Assembly (NCBI GenBank): GCA_001643675.2
Contig: LSRY02000053.1
Location: 434,001 to 498,000, forward strand
Reading direction: 5' to 3'
From: Monocercomonoides exilis PA203
Taxonomy: Eukaryota > Protista > Preaxostyla
Length of the DNA stretch: 64,000 nucleotides
Positions 36,105-61,040 of this stretch are shown in pieces. The translations under genes and the position numbers were made by a program. The notes beneath the pieces are model-generated. The model saw only the letters and a program-made list of their open reading frames with translations. It did no database searches and was not told the origin of the DNA. The number at the start of each line of letters is the position of its first letter. Position 1 is the stretch's first letter.

Positions 36105-37537
36105 ATGCAATGTGTTACAAAAATGCAGACAACGAGTGTTACTGAAAGATTTAATGGTTTGTCTTTGTTGTTGCATTTGAATTACTGGAGATTACATTTT
36201 TTGTTTATTTTTTTTAAGAATTGTTTTCTGAACTGGAGCGTTGCAATAAAAGTGAACAGAGAAAGAAAATCGGAGAAGCGAATGAAATAGCTGATAGAAT
36301 GAATGATGATGAATTTTGTTCTATTTTTGAAGTTGAAATATTCAACAAAATATCCAAAATGATTGAAGAAAAGAAAATGTCAATGGAGAATGCAATTTTG
36401 CTGCTGAAGCATATTGGATATTGCAAGGTGATGAAATGTGCATGGATTTTTGGCTTTGAAAAATCTTCGTTGAATGATAGATTTGAGAAGATGATTATTG
36501 AAGAAAGTGAGAATAAAGATAAAAAGAACGAAAAGATTTTGATTGATCTTTGCGAATGCAATCTTTTGCTAAATTACTGGTTCGATTCGAAATTGCTTTC
36601 AATTTGTGTGCCCTGTCTTCTGAATTTTGCATCGAAGAAAGAAGAAATCGAGGAAATTCAAAAGGAAGTGGAAATGGATTTGCTGGCTTTGAGTTGCATT
36701 GGCGAATATTTTGTCTGAACATTCCTGTTTTTATTTTTTATATAATTGATTTTTAATGATTTTCTTATTTCAAATTAGTTTATCGAACGAAAACTGTATC
36801 TGAACGAGCTTATGGAAGTCATCAGATATCACCAAGAGCACCAAAACCTCACTCAACTTGCGTATCAGTCTGCTTGGGATTTTTTGATAAACAGATTTTG
36901 CCAAGATAGAGGCTCAGAAAAAGCTGTGGCAAATGAACTGTGTCTAGCGAGAGAAGCAACAAAAGAATTGGAAAGGCTGGTGAAGCAAGTGGATTTGAAG
37001 AGAAGAGAAGGGAAAACGAATGGAAAGGAAATGAAAGAGATGGCAACTTTAATGAGGTGGCTCGGATCATTGAACTCTTTCTTCAGAAAATGCAAATTGT
37101 GGAATGAAGAATTTGTTGGACTTTTCAGATGCATTTCGACGCTTCTAAGAATTTCAAGGGATAATTACAGAAACATTCAAATGCAATGCTTTTATATTTT
37201 TGAATCATTGGCCGAAAACAGAACATTGCATATCGATGCATTTCTGAATGGAGGGGTTATTGATGCTGCTTTGGAGGAGGCAAGCAAATCAAATGTCAAT
37301 TTCACACAAATGAAAGGCTGCATGATGATTGCCAAGGATCTTAGCGAAAGATTGAAGAACAAGAAGGAAAACGGGAAAAAAATGACAAAATTAAGAAGTT
37401 TGAAAAGAAAATTGTTTGATAAGTTTGAAGAAGAAGGATTCGAAGATTTAATGGAAGGTTTTTATGTTCTGTTAGGCGACTGGCGCAAACGAGTTTTTTA
37501 CACATTTGAATTGGCTGAATGCTTTGTTTATTTGTGA
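36105..37537 (+). CDS. Copy D of 3-exon helical protein family, apparently intact
   Basis: ATG at 36105; GT-AG introns 36157..36218 and 36713..36778 join in frame; stop at 37537. Confidence 0.87.
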
Positions 37538-38112
37538 ATCAAATGTTCGCTTCAATTTTGTTCATGTTTTTGATATTCATCATAAATGAAAAGTGAATGA
37601 AGAAGAATAAATGTGGTTTTTTTCATTTCGGAAATTTTGACTTTATATTTCAGAATAGCCTGGATTTTTGTGATTCGAAAGAATTTTGATGATTTTTGCA
37701 GCATTTCCTAATTTTGAAGCTTTTCAACAAATTCAATTTGAAATAAACCCAGTTTCGCAAAGGGGAGTCAAGGTAGATGGTCACTCGCTTTCAACTCCAA
37801 TGAAGAATTGATTGAAATCATGAAAATGAATGGACTTTTCATTTGTTTTGAAAAATATTTGTTTTTGATGGTTTTTAAAGTCTGCTTTTTGATTGGAAAT
37901 ATTATAAAAATGATAAAAAATGAGTCAGGTCTAATATGAAGCATCAAAAAGATTTTCAGAAAAAGGTTCAAAAGCTGTTGCAAAAGCATTAAATATTTGA
38001 TTTTTCATTCTGAAATTTGTTTTGCAGTTTTATGCAGTGCAAATAAACCAAACAAGAAAAAGAATATAATAATGATGTGGGAAAAGCTAAGAGCACAAAA
38101 AGCACAACTTCA

Positions 38113-38147
<35 letters not shown>

Positions 38148-38444
38148 TTAACTTTGAATAATTATGCAGCAATTGTGATAAATGTTTGACTTTTCATAAT
38201 TATCCAATGACACATCACATAAAATGTGATTGAAGGCTGAATGAAACATACAAAGTCAAAGAAATAGAAGAGGATCTTTACAAAAACACTGAAGGAATAT
38301 TGACTTTATTTTCAAATTATCGCCAATCAACAAATACCCTTCCATTTCATGTTGTAAAACCAAAATCACTCATATTTTCCTTTCACCTGATACATAAAAT
38401 TTCATAAAAATCAAAATACATGACTCAACTGTGTATCAATCACA

Positions 38445-49070
<10,626 letters not shown>

Positions 49071-50399
49071 CGATTTATTATTTATTAAACAAAATCTATT
49101 TGAAATGATCCGTTGCCATTTTATGTAAATTACAGTTTTCAAAAAATTGTTTCATTTCATAAAATTTTCCATGAATTGGAATATAAAAACTGATTGAATA
49201 TGTAATTCATTTTAAAGTTTAAAACAAATTTTATTTTATTTGTGAATAAATAAAAATTATTTCTCAAATGAAAACATACAGAGAAGTCTTTGAACAAACT
49301 GTAAGATATAACTTCAGCCAATCAACGAGATAAAAAATGACAAATTGGAGCAGTTTTTTTGAACAACTGATAATAAACATTCAAACTTGTTTCATCTGTT
49401 TCCTGGGTGAAAAAAACTTGTTCACTGAAAACTTTGAAAAAGAAATATTTCCATTTATCGAACTTAAAAATCTTGGTCTTAATTCTCAAATTATTGAAAA
49501 AGCATGAATTATTATTTTCAAGATCGAAATTTCTTTTTTCCAATCAAAAGTGTCGGTTGACATTTTTTATTACCCTTTTTAAAATAAAAAAATTAATTAT
49601 TGAAGTGAATGAACTCCAATAACTGATAATTTTTCGTTAACTCATCTCAGACATTGGCTTTCTAAACAATAATTCTGAAATCAACATTCAATCAGATAAA
49701 AAATAAAAATAAAAAAAAAAAGAAAGTGCACAATATACGACGGTTTCCAGTTTTTCGTGAAGATGATCTTTCAAGTATTATAAACTGTTGGAAAGTGTAC
49801 AATATACGACTGTGAACCAAAAAAAAATGTTGAAGTTGTAATGAATGCATGTCATGCACATATGGAGCAAAATATTTCACTTCAGGCATTTTCATTGAAA
49901 AATTATGCTCTTTTCATTGACTTTTAGAGATCAAAAAAACATTAAAAAATGGATTTATTTTATTATATTCGTGAAATGTTACATTACTTTATGTTTTGAT
50001 TTCAACGATACCTGTCTAAGGACTTGAAAATCAAATTTATTTCATTATCTGAGAAAGTGAAATAAAGTTTTGAGTGAAGTAATTTTAACATGCTTCAAAC
50101 ATAAAAAGCAAGAAAGTCCGTATCTCCCCTCATATGTTTAAATTTTTTTGGAAAAGTTCCTCTTGTCCAAATTTCAAATATCATAAAAATTTCAAATAAT
50201 GATAAAAATTATGTTCACACTCAAGAAATTTCACTAAAATGGAAGCAATATCTTGACAATGTTATTATTTCCATTTAAGTGAAGTTTCACGATTTGGAAC
50301 AGAAAATTTATTGAAATATGACATTTTTATTTTATTTGAAAATTAAACAAAAGGAACTTTTCAAAAAAAAAATTTGACACATGAATGACTGAACAAAAA

Positions 50400-50923
50400 T
50401 GAAAAGAATGTGTAGAGCAATAAATTCTGATTGACTTGTTCTATTATTCACATTCTGAATTGGAGCATTGGATTGGCTTCTATTCCACCATTCTTGCTGT
50501 TGCGCATGGAACTCATAAAGTTGACATCTGCATCCTTCAACAAACATTTCTTCATAAATGCCTTTGCATTCTTCTCAAGAGTTTTCACATCGCATTTCGC
50601 CTCTCACTTCTCGAATTCATTGAGACTGCGATGAAAAAGAGAAAAATTAGAGTTATGCAGAGGCTTCAAGGGGAAATAACTGAACAAAAAACTTTTCATG
50701 AAAAAATAAATCTCTTTGAATAAGATGGAAGACTGACATTCATTCGATGAAGATTTTTGATGGTGATAAAAAAATAATGGATTTTTTGATTTTTCTTTTT
50801 TATTGAAAGAGGAAATAAAAACAGCAATAAAAATTCTTCAATTATTTTTTTTGTTATTTTGCGAAATGACACAAAATGAAAAAGACAGTTTTTGATTCAC
50901 AAAATGAAATGCGTCTTATTTCC
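50400..50923 (-). repeat. Inverted duplicate of the 3' flank of copy C (~33448..33975)
   Basis: For example, TTTTATCACCATCAAAAATCTTCATCGAATGAAT and CAGTCTCAATGAATTCGAGAAGTGAGAGGCGAAATGCGATGTGAAAA occur at 33.6-33.8 kb (+) and 50.6-50.8 kb (-). Confidence 0.9.
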
Positions 50924-52358
50924 TCATATATACACAAAATAATCAGAAAGATTCAAAGATAATTTGTGATAATTTCTTTTGCTAAGAAAATCTATAATTT
51001 CATGAATACTTGTGATTACATCTTCGTATCCTTCTTCTTCCAGCTTTTCAAACACTTTCCTTTTCGTTTCCTTTCTTTCCTCTTCTTCCATTTCTTCTTT
51101 CTTCTTTTCTTTCAATCGCCCTGAAATCTGCATTAAAAATAATTTACACTCATATGTAGTGCCATTCTGTGTTGGTTGTTGTATCTCCTCCAAAAGTGCA
51201 TCAACGGCTCCACTTTTCAGAAAGTTATCAACTTTAACTGCTCCGTTTTCGGCTGCTGAAATAAGCGGAGATATGCAAATTCCGCTTATTTCTTTGTAAT
51301 TATCCTTTGATGCTCGAAATATCTGAACAACGTATCTGATAATCCCAACAAATTCTTCATTCCACAATTTGCATTTTCTGAAGAAAGAGTTCAATGATCC
51401 GAGCCACCTCATTAAAGTTGCCATCTCTTTCATTTCCTTTCCATTCGTTTTCCCTTCTCTTCTCTTCAAATCCACTTGCTTCACCAGCCTTTCCAATTCT
51501 CTTCTTGTATCCCTTGCAAAATGCAGCTCATCCGCAAAAACTTCTTCCAGGCTTTTGTCGTTGAAAAATTCTGTTATTAAAAACTTCCAAGCAGACTCAA
51601 ACGCAAGTTGAGTGAGGTTTTGGTGCTCTTGATGATATCTGATGACTTCCATAAGCTTGTTCAGATACAGTTTTCGTTCGATAAACTAATTTGAAATAAG
51701 AAAATCATTAAAAATCAATTTTATAAAAAATAAAAACAGGAATGTTCAGACAAAATATTCGCCAATGCAACTCAAAGTCAGAAAAGCCATTTCCACTTCT
51801 TTTTGCATTTCCTCGCTTTCTTCTTTCTTCAATGCAAAATTCAGAAGACAGGGCACACAAATTGAAAGCAATTTCGAATCGAACTGGTAATTTAGCAAAA
51901 GATTGCATTCACAAAGTCCAACAAGAAGCTTTTCATTTTGACTCTCTTTTTCCATCTCATTTTCATCAATAATCATCTTTTCAACTTGTTTATACTATTT
52001 AGAGCGATAAAATCCACTGTTCCATATATCTTTCGATGCTATGAAATATCAAACATATTTCAGCAGAATGTGAACATTGCTCAAAAATATTTTCTTTTCT
52101 TCAATCACTTCGTTTATTTCATTGAACATTTCTTTTGATATAATCGAATCAAATTCTTTTTCCCCTATCTCTTCCATCATTTCATTCATTTCAACGATTT
52201 TCACTTTCTGTTCATCCTCATTGCAATGCTCAATTTTGGAAAACAATTCTTAAAAAAGAAGAAATAGAATCATGAAGAATGCAAAGCGCAACAATTGCGC
52301 ACCATTGAAGCAAGCAGTGATAATCATACTCTGTTTTTTTCCCTCCAGTGCAATGCAT
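50924..52358 (-). pseudogene. Copy E of 3-exon helical protein family; mosaic pseudogene
   Basis: Same exon structure (introns 52249..52302 and ~51.69-51.75 kb). In-frame TGA at 52049 and a TAG near 51997. The homologous ATG at 52358 is out of frame across an A-run. Confidence 0.85.
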
Positions 52359-53519
52359 TCAAAAAACAACAGCATTTTTATCATTCACATTGAATTCGCA
52401 TTTGTCAATTAAAGAAAATTGTGGCGAAATAAAATCTTGAAACTGTCATTGAATATATCTGTGATCGCTCTTCTTCTAGACATTGAAATTCTGCACAGTT
52501 GGCAAAATTTTTTCGAAAAGTTCCTCGACTTTAATTCTGTCCCACAAAAGATCACATTTGATCAAAAAATGTTGATCATTCCGTTCCCTTTATTGTTTTA
52601 TTTATATTACATATTGTTATTTTCTGAGTTTATTATTGAAAAATTAGATACAAGTTTGTTGATATCATATGAACTGTAAACCTTCGTTTCATATTTGAAA
52701 TAAAAAACAATCATTTTGTTGTTATTTGGAACATTCAAATGTTTTAGTTAATATTTGCATTTTTCATTACATTCGTTTGAATACACATCTTGCTTTTTTG
52801 GATAATTTCACTTTTTGAACATCCTTGGTTGTTGGAAATCTTATAGAAAAAATTTGCTTGATTTGGAATTTTTTTTTTTGAAATTCATGAACAAAAAAGA
52901 TTTGACATTTCACATCTCAATACATGTGAATGATGTTTATTCATTTGTTTGCAAAGGACAGTTTTTGATATGAAAATTATAATATATAAAATTATATATA
53001 ACCAGCAAGTTAATAATTTTAAAACCTTGGAATTGTAAAAACAAGAAAAGAACACATTTCCCACTCGTTGAATCAAATCATGAATTGCATTCATATTCAC
53101 TTTCGTTTCCATATTTATCTGACTTTTCCCAATATTTTTCTTCTTGCTTAAACGTGATGTTTGTAGAAAGCATTCTCTATCTTTTTCCAACACTCGAAAA
53201 TTGTGAGATTTTCTTTTCATGTTAATTTCACTGGTATGAAACACGAAGTTGTTACAGCTCCACCAATAAATATGCCTGAAAATGCGATTAAATTGACCCA
53301 AAATCTTCTTTTAGCAAACGAAAATCAGCATTTATCTCTTTGCTCTCCTTTAACTTCATTTTCATCTTTTTCAGAACATGGAGTGAGGAAGTGAGCATTC
53401 AGATCTTTTCACGAAAGATGCGCATGCATTCATGCCAACAACTATCTGTTTTATCCTTCGTTGATGCTGACTGTGATAACGCTGTTAGTGTTGCGATCTC
53501 CGCTGTTAAGGCTTGCGAT

Positions 53520-56350
53520 GGTGAAGATGAATGACGAAACGATGAGTCGAGGGGTTGCAGTGTGTGAAGCGGAGGAGATCATGGAGAAGGGGATGGAGAA
53601 GGGGCTGAGGATGGATGATGTGGTTCTGTCGCCTGCGGCTATTGCGCTGGTGGTGCTGGAGGAGCGAAAAGAGGAAGAGGAAGGAGGAGAAGAAAAAGAA
53701 GGAGAGTTAAAAGATTGTGAAGCAGGAGATGAAGACGAGGTGTTAAGTATTCACATGCTGTTGCGAACTGCCCAAGATGACAAGCGGATATAGAAGCCGA
53801 ATAACTCTCAAGCAGAGCGGATGTAGGAGAATGACTAAATCATTCGGATGCTGGAGAGAAGATTCTAAAGTTGACCGAGAAGAACTTCATAGAGTTGAAG
53901 AAGCTTCAGGAACAGCTGCTGGAGATGCAGGATAAGACTGAATTTATTGATGAAAGGAAAGAGAAAGAGAAAAAGTGCAAGACGCAGCTGTGTGTGGTGG
54001 TAAATGTGGATAGCAAGCTGTTACCAGAGGGTCGGGTGTGTCGCTTGCCAAAACTTCTTCGTTGGTCTCTGCAAGTCGCGGAATGGTTCTGTCTTCGGCT
54101 TTATTGATTCTGCCTTCAGGGCTGCAAAGTGCCAGGAGAAGTTTGCAGCGATCATCGGGGATGGAAGTGCTGTGATGGTTGAGCAAGATCTGAACAGGAA
54201 GGTTGTTGCTGTGAAAGTGGGGATTTGTGTGAGTGTTGTGGGCGAAGCAAACAGCGGTGGAGGAGGAGGAGGGGGAGGCGGAAGTGAGTGAACGAGATCA
54301 TTGATCAGCGAGAGATCAGAGAAGAACAGTGCTGGGTCCAATGGTGGTGGTGGTGGTAGTGAAGGAGGAGTGGATGCAAGTGCTCAGCAGAAGATGAACA
54401 AGATGGAGATGGAAATGAAGATGCGGACGGAGATGATGAAAGTGCAGGATCGGACTATGAGCATGCAGAAGGCGATGTTCAAGTGCGATTGAGAAGTGGC
54501 AGGTAATGCTTGCGTTAAAAAAGAGAATAAGAATATGAAGGCGTCGTATGAAGAGAAGGTGGAGCGGCTGGTTGTTCAGGTTCGGGAGCTGGAGGAGCAG
54601 GTGTTGCGGGGGGAGATTGGCGGGGGCAGGGAAGGCGGGGTAGAGGAGAAAGGGGGGAGAGTGAAAGATGGGGTAGGGAGGAGGAAGAGGAGGAACAGAA
54701 GCAGAGGTGGAGAACACAAGGAGGCAGAGGAGTGGGAAAAGGCAGAAGAAAGAGATGTGAGTGCTGTGTATGGGATTCCGCTGTCACCGCATGAGGATGC
54801 GAAGAGAGAGCGGGAGGAATGGATGCATACTGTCGTTCCAACAGTGGCAAAGAAAGGAGAAGGGAAGGCGAATGTTGTGCAGCGGCTTTGCATGCTTCTT
54901 GAGCAGACGACAGACAGCAGAGACCGGGAAGAGTCGGAGTGGCCTTTGACTTCGTGGGGTGGAACGGGGGTATGGCAGCCTGGGACAGGTGGGGTGCCTT
55001 TGCCGGCGGGGTCGACAGCGATGGAGCGGCTGATGAGCGCAGTGTCGGGATCGCTGGGGCAGGTGGCGTACGAAACGGCGCATGTGCTATGGATGCCGCA
55101 CATATATAAGTTGCATATTCCGGTTCATCTGAGTCAGCAGTTGCTAAAGACAGGACTTAAGCAGAAGCAGATTTGGAAACTGTCGAAGATCCAGGTGATA
55201 TATGGAGACAAGATATTGGCAGATTTGAGCGATTGCAGCGCTGAGTGGAAAGATGGTGTGCTTCCAAGGCAGAACCATGAGGACTTTGTGAATATGTGAT
55301 CGGGGGAGAAGTGCCCGGAGATATAGAAGAAAAATGTTGTGCTGATGGCAATGATCTGCGAGATGTAACTATTCCGAAAGGAATTTGAAGAGGTGCGGCT
55401 GTTGGGAAGCATGTTCCGCAGGGGTTTTCCGAAGGCAAGCTGTCGTTCTTCCTGTTCTGTGTCATGGTGCTGTTTGAAGATGAGCTGCACTTGAAGCTGA
55501 TAATAGAGAAAGATGACTTCCTGACGATTTCGATCTGGATGTGCAGGAAGTGCATCAACACGGTGTTTGAAGCAGAGCCTGAATCGAATATCAAGATGTT
55601 TTTTGAGAAGTTTGAGGGGCTGCAGTCGGAGAAGGGGGAGGCAGAAACTTCAGTGTTTCTGGGGTTTCTGCTGAATTACCACCGGACAGAGGCAGTGAAG
55701 CGGAAGGAGGCGATGAAGAAGCTGTATGGTGTGATATGCAGTTGCGATATATTGACTTCATCATCAGGCACTGCGTTCAGAGAGATCACGTTCTCTGAGC
55801 TGGATTCTCTTCTGTATGTGTGCAATCTGCAGACGCCGCAGGCTTTGTCGCTGCGGATCTTCCGAGATGCGTACCGGCTGTCAGGCTGCTGTCCACGTTC
55901 GTTTGCATCGGTGCTGGAGGCGTTCTAGCGCAACGACTTCTTCACGCTGTGCTTGCGGCTGTCGGATGTGTGCGATGCTGCTCACCGATGAGATCCTCAA
56001 CCACAATCTGAGAACAGCGCAGTTGTGAAGACGGCGAGCCTGTTCTTGGTGCTGCTGAAGCCGGTGCTAGACGGCCAGGTGAGAGAGCTTTCGGTATTGT
56101 CTGCAGAAGTGAGGGTGGGAGAAGTGGTTGGGCTGAAACGGCTGTGTCGGCTGTGTGATCATCAGTGACAAAGAAAGAAGGGTAGCGGGCGCTGTTCCGG
56201 ATGGTTCTGCTGCTGACGAAGCTGGTGGGGCTGCAGCTGGGAAAGAACAATGAAAAAGTGACGATCTGCTTTCGGATGCAACTGTGGGACGCACAGAAAG
56301 TGGTTTTGTTTCTTTACACAATAACATGGCACTGGAAGGGAGAAGGAGCC
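53520..56350 (+). pseudogene. Decayed GC-rich coding sequence (coiled-coil plus helical domain), identity uncertain
   Basis: Chain of + strand ORF fragments (53871, 54301, 54496..55299, 55464..55928) with coding-like composition, broken by many stops and frameshifts. Confidence 0.55.
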
Positions 56351-58736
56351 AATGTATTTTCATGCTTCATTATTATCTTCTTCTTTAACTTCTTTAATAT
56401 AGCACGAGAAGGCTCCTCATTATAAATAGATAGCAAAAAACAACATGCTGTTATTCTTTGATGTGCATTAGATGATGTCGAGCCTCAGATTTCCCTGATG
56501 ACACTTTACTCAAAGCTGTCATCTTCTTTTCCTTTTTCATCCTTTTCTATCTCCTGTTTCGTGTCGCTTTCATATTCTTTCAAAAAGCTTTTGTAAGAAA
56601 CAAATATTTAGTCAACATTGAGAATGTTTAGTCTTCTTTCTTCATATTTCTGAAAAAATAATAGAAAAGAAGAAGGTGAAGAAGCAGAGGAAGAAGGTGA
56701 AGACGAAGACAAAGATGTTTATTAGAATGATAGTGACATGAATATTACAAAAGAGGATGAAGAAGAGTTTAAAAAGAAGAAGGAGGATACAGTCCAGCAA
56801 ACGATCCTCCCACACTCCTCCATCAGTCCCTTCTTCTCTTCAGGACAGCTCCTCTGTCTGGTCAGTCACAACTGCCCAGTCTGTATCTGCCATCCTCACT
56901 CAAGTTCCCAAACTCCTACAGAAGCTCCACAATTGGTTGTTTTCCTTCGCTCGTCATGCCTCTTCTTCACCCAAGTCCAAAGGCCAAAGCAAAAATAAAA
57001 CAGCTTCTGTGAAGCTTCCTTCTCACTACACTATACAGCTCTTCCTCCGCTCCAATCCAGTCTTCAATGCCCTCGATAATAATGTTAGCAGCGCATTGGT
57101 GTTTGATTCTCGGTGCGTTCCGCATCCAAGTGTTCGCCTGTTAATGCCCATTTTTAACTTTTCCTCTCTTCTGCTCTCGGATGCTTTCGCAGCGTTGCGA
57201 AAGCCTTCGCTGACATAATTACTGGGAAACCTGACAAATCAGCTGGACTTTCCGTTATTTTGATTTGGGAAGTTCAAGTCTGCATCTAAAGCATGGAACT
57301 AGTTCTATTCGCAGGATGTTCCTGAGTTGAATTATGTGTATCCATTTTATGTAATCCATCAGACCATATTGCCTTTCTTCATAGCAGATCCTTTCGATTC
57401 TCCGATTGCAACGAACACGGCAGTGACTGATCAGCTTGGAAGAGTGATGTGTTCCTCTTGGAGATTCCGTTGGTTGATATTCACTATCCCTGTGTTTGTG
57501 GTGAAGCCTGGAAAAGAAATACAGTATCTGAAGGCATTGAAGGACTCCATCAAGAACAGAAAGAGAGAAGTGAAGAATGAGAAGGAAAATGAGAATGAGA
57601 ATGAGAGGAAGCGAAAGGATGGCTGGATTGCAAGTGTGTGTAGAGTCTGATCCATTGGAGGAAGAAGAAGAGGAAGAAGCTCTGTCTCCTAGAGATCCCC
57701 TTGAACATCTCATATAAGTGCTGAAGAAGCAGCCTATGGCGTTGACAAACCAGATTGAACGCCTGACAATAGCAGCAACGCTGGTTATTCGTGTGCACGC
57801 AATGCTTCCAAGCAGAAAAGTGCAGAATGAGTCAATGCCGCAGACAGAGAATGAGTTCTCGTTCAGTTTTCTTGTGTTCACTTTGCTGAGTGGATAGAAG
57901 ATAGATAGAAGCATTGGGAAGAAATAAGAGCAAAGTGGAAGAATGAGAGAAGGAAGAGAAAGAGGAGGATTCACAAGAAGAAAAGGAGAAAGCTCGCATG
58001 GAGGAGCAAATGAAAGCAGTGCAAGCGATACGGAAATTAATATTTTTTTCTTCTGATTCAAAAGACAACATCGCTTCCCAGATGCAGAAGCTGAATGCTC
58101 TGCTCCCCAGCTCTGTGATGTTTCAGACGTCGTTCTTCTCAATCTTAGCTTTGATCAGTGACATTGCTGAAGTGCCGAAGAATAGAATGGCTTAGGTGGA
58201 TATTCCGAACAAGAAAGCTGCAGTGGCAGAAGGCAGTGTTGAAGAGGCGATGAAGTTGAGGAGGTTGGAGAGAGAGATAAACCGGAACTGATAAAAGATG
58301 TGGAGCTGTTGTTTGAGCAGGTGGAATTTGTGCAAAGCTGGAGAAGCAGAGGAAGAGGAAGAGGAAGAGGAGAAGGAGAAGGAGAAGAAGAAGAAAGAGA
58401 AAAAGAAAAAGAAGAAGAAGAAGAAGAAGATTTTGATGTGGCTGAAAAGGAGCCAGAAGCATTTGAAGAATGGCATTTTGTGTGGTGGATGTTTGTGTGA
58501 ATGTGGAAGAAGGAAGATATGAAGTTTGAGTTGTTGATGAAAGAGGAAGAGAAACTGAAGAGGAAGAGGAACAGGAAGAAGGAGGAGGAGGAGAAGAAGA
58601 AGAATCGGAGGAGGAGGAGGAGGAGGTGGTGGTGGTAAAAGGAAGAAGTTCCATTTGAATTCCTTTTGTAGTTGTTTAAAGAAATAATCCAAATATATGT
58701 TGTTCCTGAGGTTGAGCTGTTAAACCCAATGACATA

Positions 58737-59500
58737 GCCTTCTGACAGCTTCACTCAATCTGCACATGCTTTATTAAATACAAAACTTCCACATTGTCCA
58801 ATCTCAACAACATTTCTTGTTGATTCAACCTGTTCCAGCTTCATATTTGTCAACGAAATCTCATCTCCATTTAGCAGAAATGAATACTTTTTGAACGAAA
58901 GCATTGATACTGAGCAGTTGTCAACACGAAGAATTCCATTTTCGATGCTCAGCAATGTTGAGTTTAAAAAAACAGCTTCAATGTTTTCTGATTGGCCAAC
59001 AGAAGAAAAATCAACAAATGAAAGAGAAAGCTGGCCATTTGCTTCGTGAATAATTGAATTACCTGATTATGAAAATAACTGGCCAAAGTTGAATTTCAAA
59101 CTTTCGATCCGAACATTCTCTGAGGTTATGATGAGACTTCCATCGTTGGTAATTGTTGAGTCCAGATGCACCAAAGCAGTTGAGGGAGATTCAAGTGAGT
59201 GTATGCTTGCATCCTTCGCTTCGCATTCTCCATTGATGATCGTATCCTTTGCGATTAGCAGCTGAGAATAAGATGATGGAAAAATGTGCCGAACTCCTTC
59301 ACTCAAAGACTCACAAGGCGCTTCAAACCCTCCGCATTGCTCGCTGTCCGTGTGATTGTCTGCAATAGAAGATACAAATATCGTCTCGCTCTGATATTTC
59401 AAGACTCTCAGCAGAAGATCCTCTTCTTCAACAAATGAGTCTGTTGCAGCACCCCACATTACCAACTCTTTAGCAAGTGGTACTCTGAAATCTGTCACAA
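58737..59500 (-). pseudogene. Internal fragment of the Cys-motif surface-protein family
   Basis: WGA...EEDLL...IFVSS...QCGGFEAPCESLSEGV matches the module pattern (FVG...DL...IFIS...CG...PC) of the genes at 1-4049 and 20.8-26.0 kb. It lacks an N-terminus and contains internal stops. Confidence 0.75.
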
Positions 59501-60442
59501 ATTTTTCAAGCTCAAAAAATGAAAGCTTTTATAAATAATTAAACTTAAAGAAAAAACAAATTGCAAACCATCAATTTTTGATAATAATTTTGTTCAATCC
59601 AACTTGTACAAGCCGTATTTGCTTCCATGAAAGTTGATATTCAATCTGAGTTTAAAAAAATTCTGATTTAGTTAAAACTTAAGTGATTATCAGGATATTT
59701 GTTAATTCTCAAAAAGAATCGAAATATACCGTGAATAATTCATAATGCAGCAATTGCTTGATTGTTCAAGCAAACGTTACTCTTTTTTATTGCGAAACAA
59801 GTTTTTTAATTTTGATCAATTAATTTAATATATAATTTTTGAATTCAAAATATTTTTTCTCATTTAGAAGTTTGCATCGAACTTACAACAATTGTGGAGA
59901 ACGTAACTTTTATTAATAAGAATAATGGTGAAGGAATGATAAATAATTAACTTCCATGGGTCAAATTTTTGATCTGATGTCACTTTTCAAAAAAATTTAG
60001 CCAGTTATTATGGAAAAGAATCACTTGATCTTTTTCTGTTTGTTGCATTGGATTCTATGATCTGAAAATATTATTGGGAAAAGCTTTTCTGAATGAAAAA
60101 TCAGAAACCAATAAGTGAATCTATTCTGTTGAATCATTTATAATATCTCCAACGGTGACATCATGCAAAGATAAAGATGTATTGATTTTTTTAATTTTTG
60201 TGAAATAAATTTTGAAATTGGATGACCAAGTGAAACACAACAATTTTATTAACAACACATTAAAGTGCAAAGCACCTTTATTCTTAAGAACAATCGTGAT
60301 TAACGACACCTCTCTTTTATGGGAGTGAGAGCGCCTTATTAAGGGCTCTGTCGTTCACAAAATTTGAAAAATGTCAACATTGTTGGAAGGACCTGCGTAA
60401 AGACTGAGCGGGATATTCCCGCAAAGCGGAACAACAGGCGAT

Positions 60443-61015
60443 ATGGGCGCACCTATTCCCATTTCCAATCCAACTTCCGCAGCTTCCAGTTTGGCATTTG
60501 CTTCATCTTCTGTGTCTCAACTGTCCGAGGACATTGCGATGACGCTAGACTCAGCTCCCACACAGCCCTTGGATAAAGCCTGCAATATACTATTCGGAGA
60601 TCAAACCCATTATTCAGTGTTCAACTTTCCAATTAAAGCCAATGATATTGATCAGTCCACAGCAAAATATGAGTTACTCTCAGCGAACCCGTTTATTCCA
60701 GCTAGAACCCACGCTCACTCCCGATCAAGAAGCTGGTTTTTCGATGCACTTGACGAGGGAACCTGGAAAGTGGAGGCCAGGTTGCTTCCAGCGCTGAAGG
60801 CAATTGTGTTGGCAACTCAGAATGTGAAGCAGGAGGATAAACCGTATTTAAGCGACGCGCTAACCTTCTTAATTACAGCGCTTCAAGATACTAGACAATT
60901 GGGGATAATCGCTAAATTTGGTTATACTTCTGCTGTGTTATTACAGGAAGAAAAAGAAGACCCATTACTCAACAGGGTACAACTTGAAAGGATTGCACCA
61001 TTGATGCAAAAGTAA
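60443..61015 (+). CDS. Putative DIRS ORF1 (gag-like), probably prematurely stopped
   Basis: 190-aa ORF directly upstream of the RT; the frame stays open after the TAA and overlaps the pol frame. Assignment is positional only. Confidence 0.55.
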   Translation: MGAPIPISNPTSAASSLAFASSSVSQLSEDIAMTLDSAPTQPLDKACNILFGDQTHYSVFNFPIKANDIDQSTAKYELLSANPFIPARTHAHSRSRSWFFDALDEGTWKVEARLLPALKAIVLATQNVKQEDKPYLSDALTFLITALQDTRQLGIIAKFGYTSAVLLQEEKEDPLLNRVQLERIAPLMQK

Positions 61016-61040
61016 CGAGAAACCTTAACACACTCAACAT

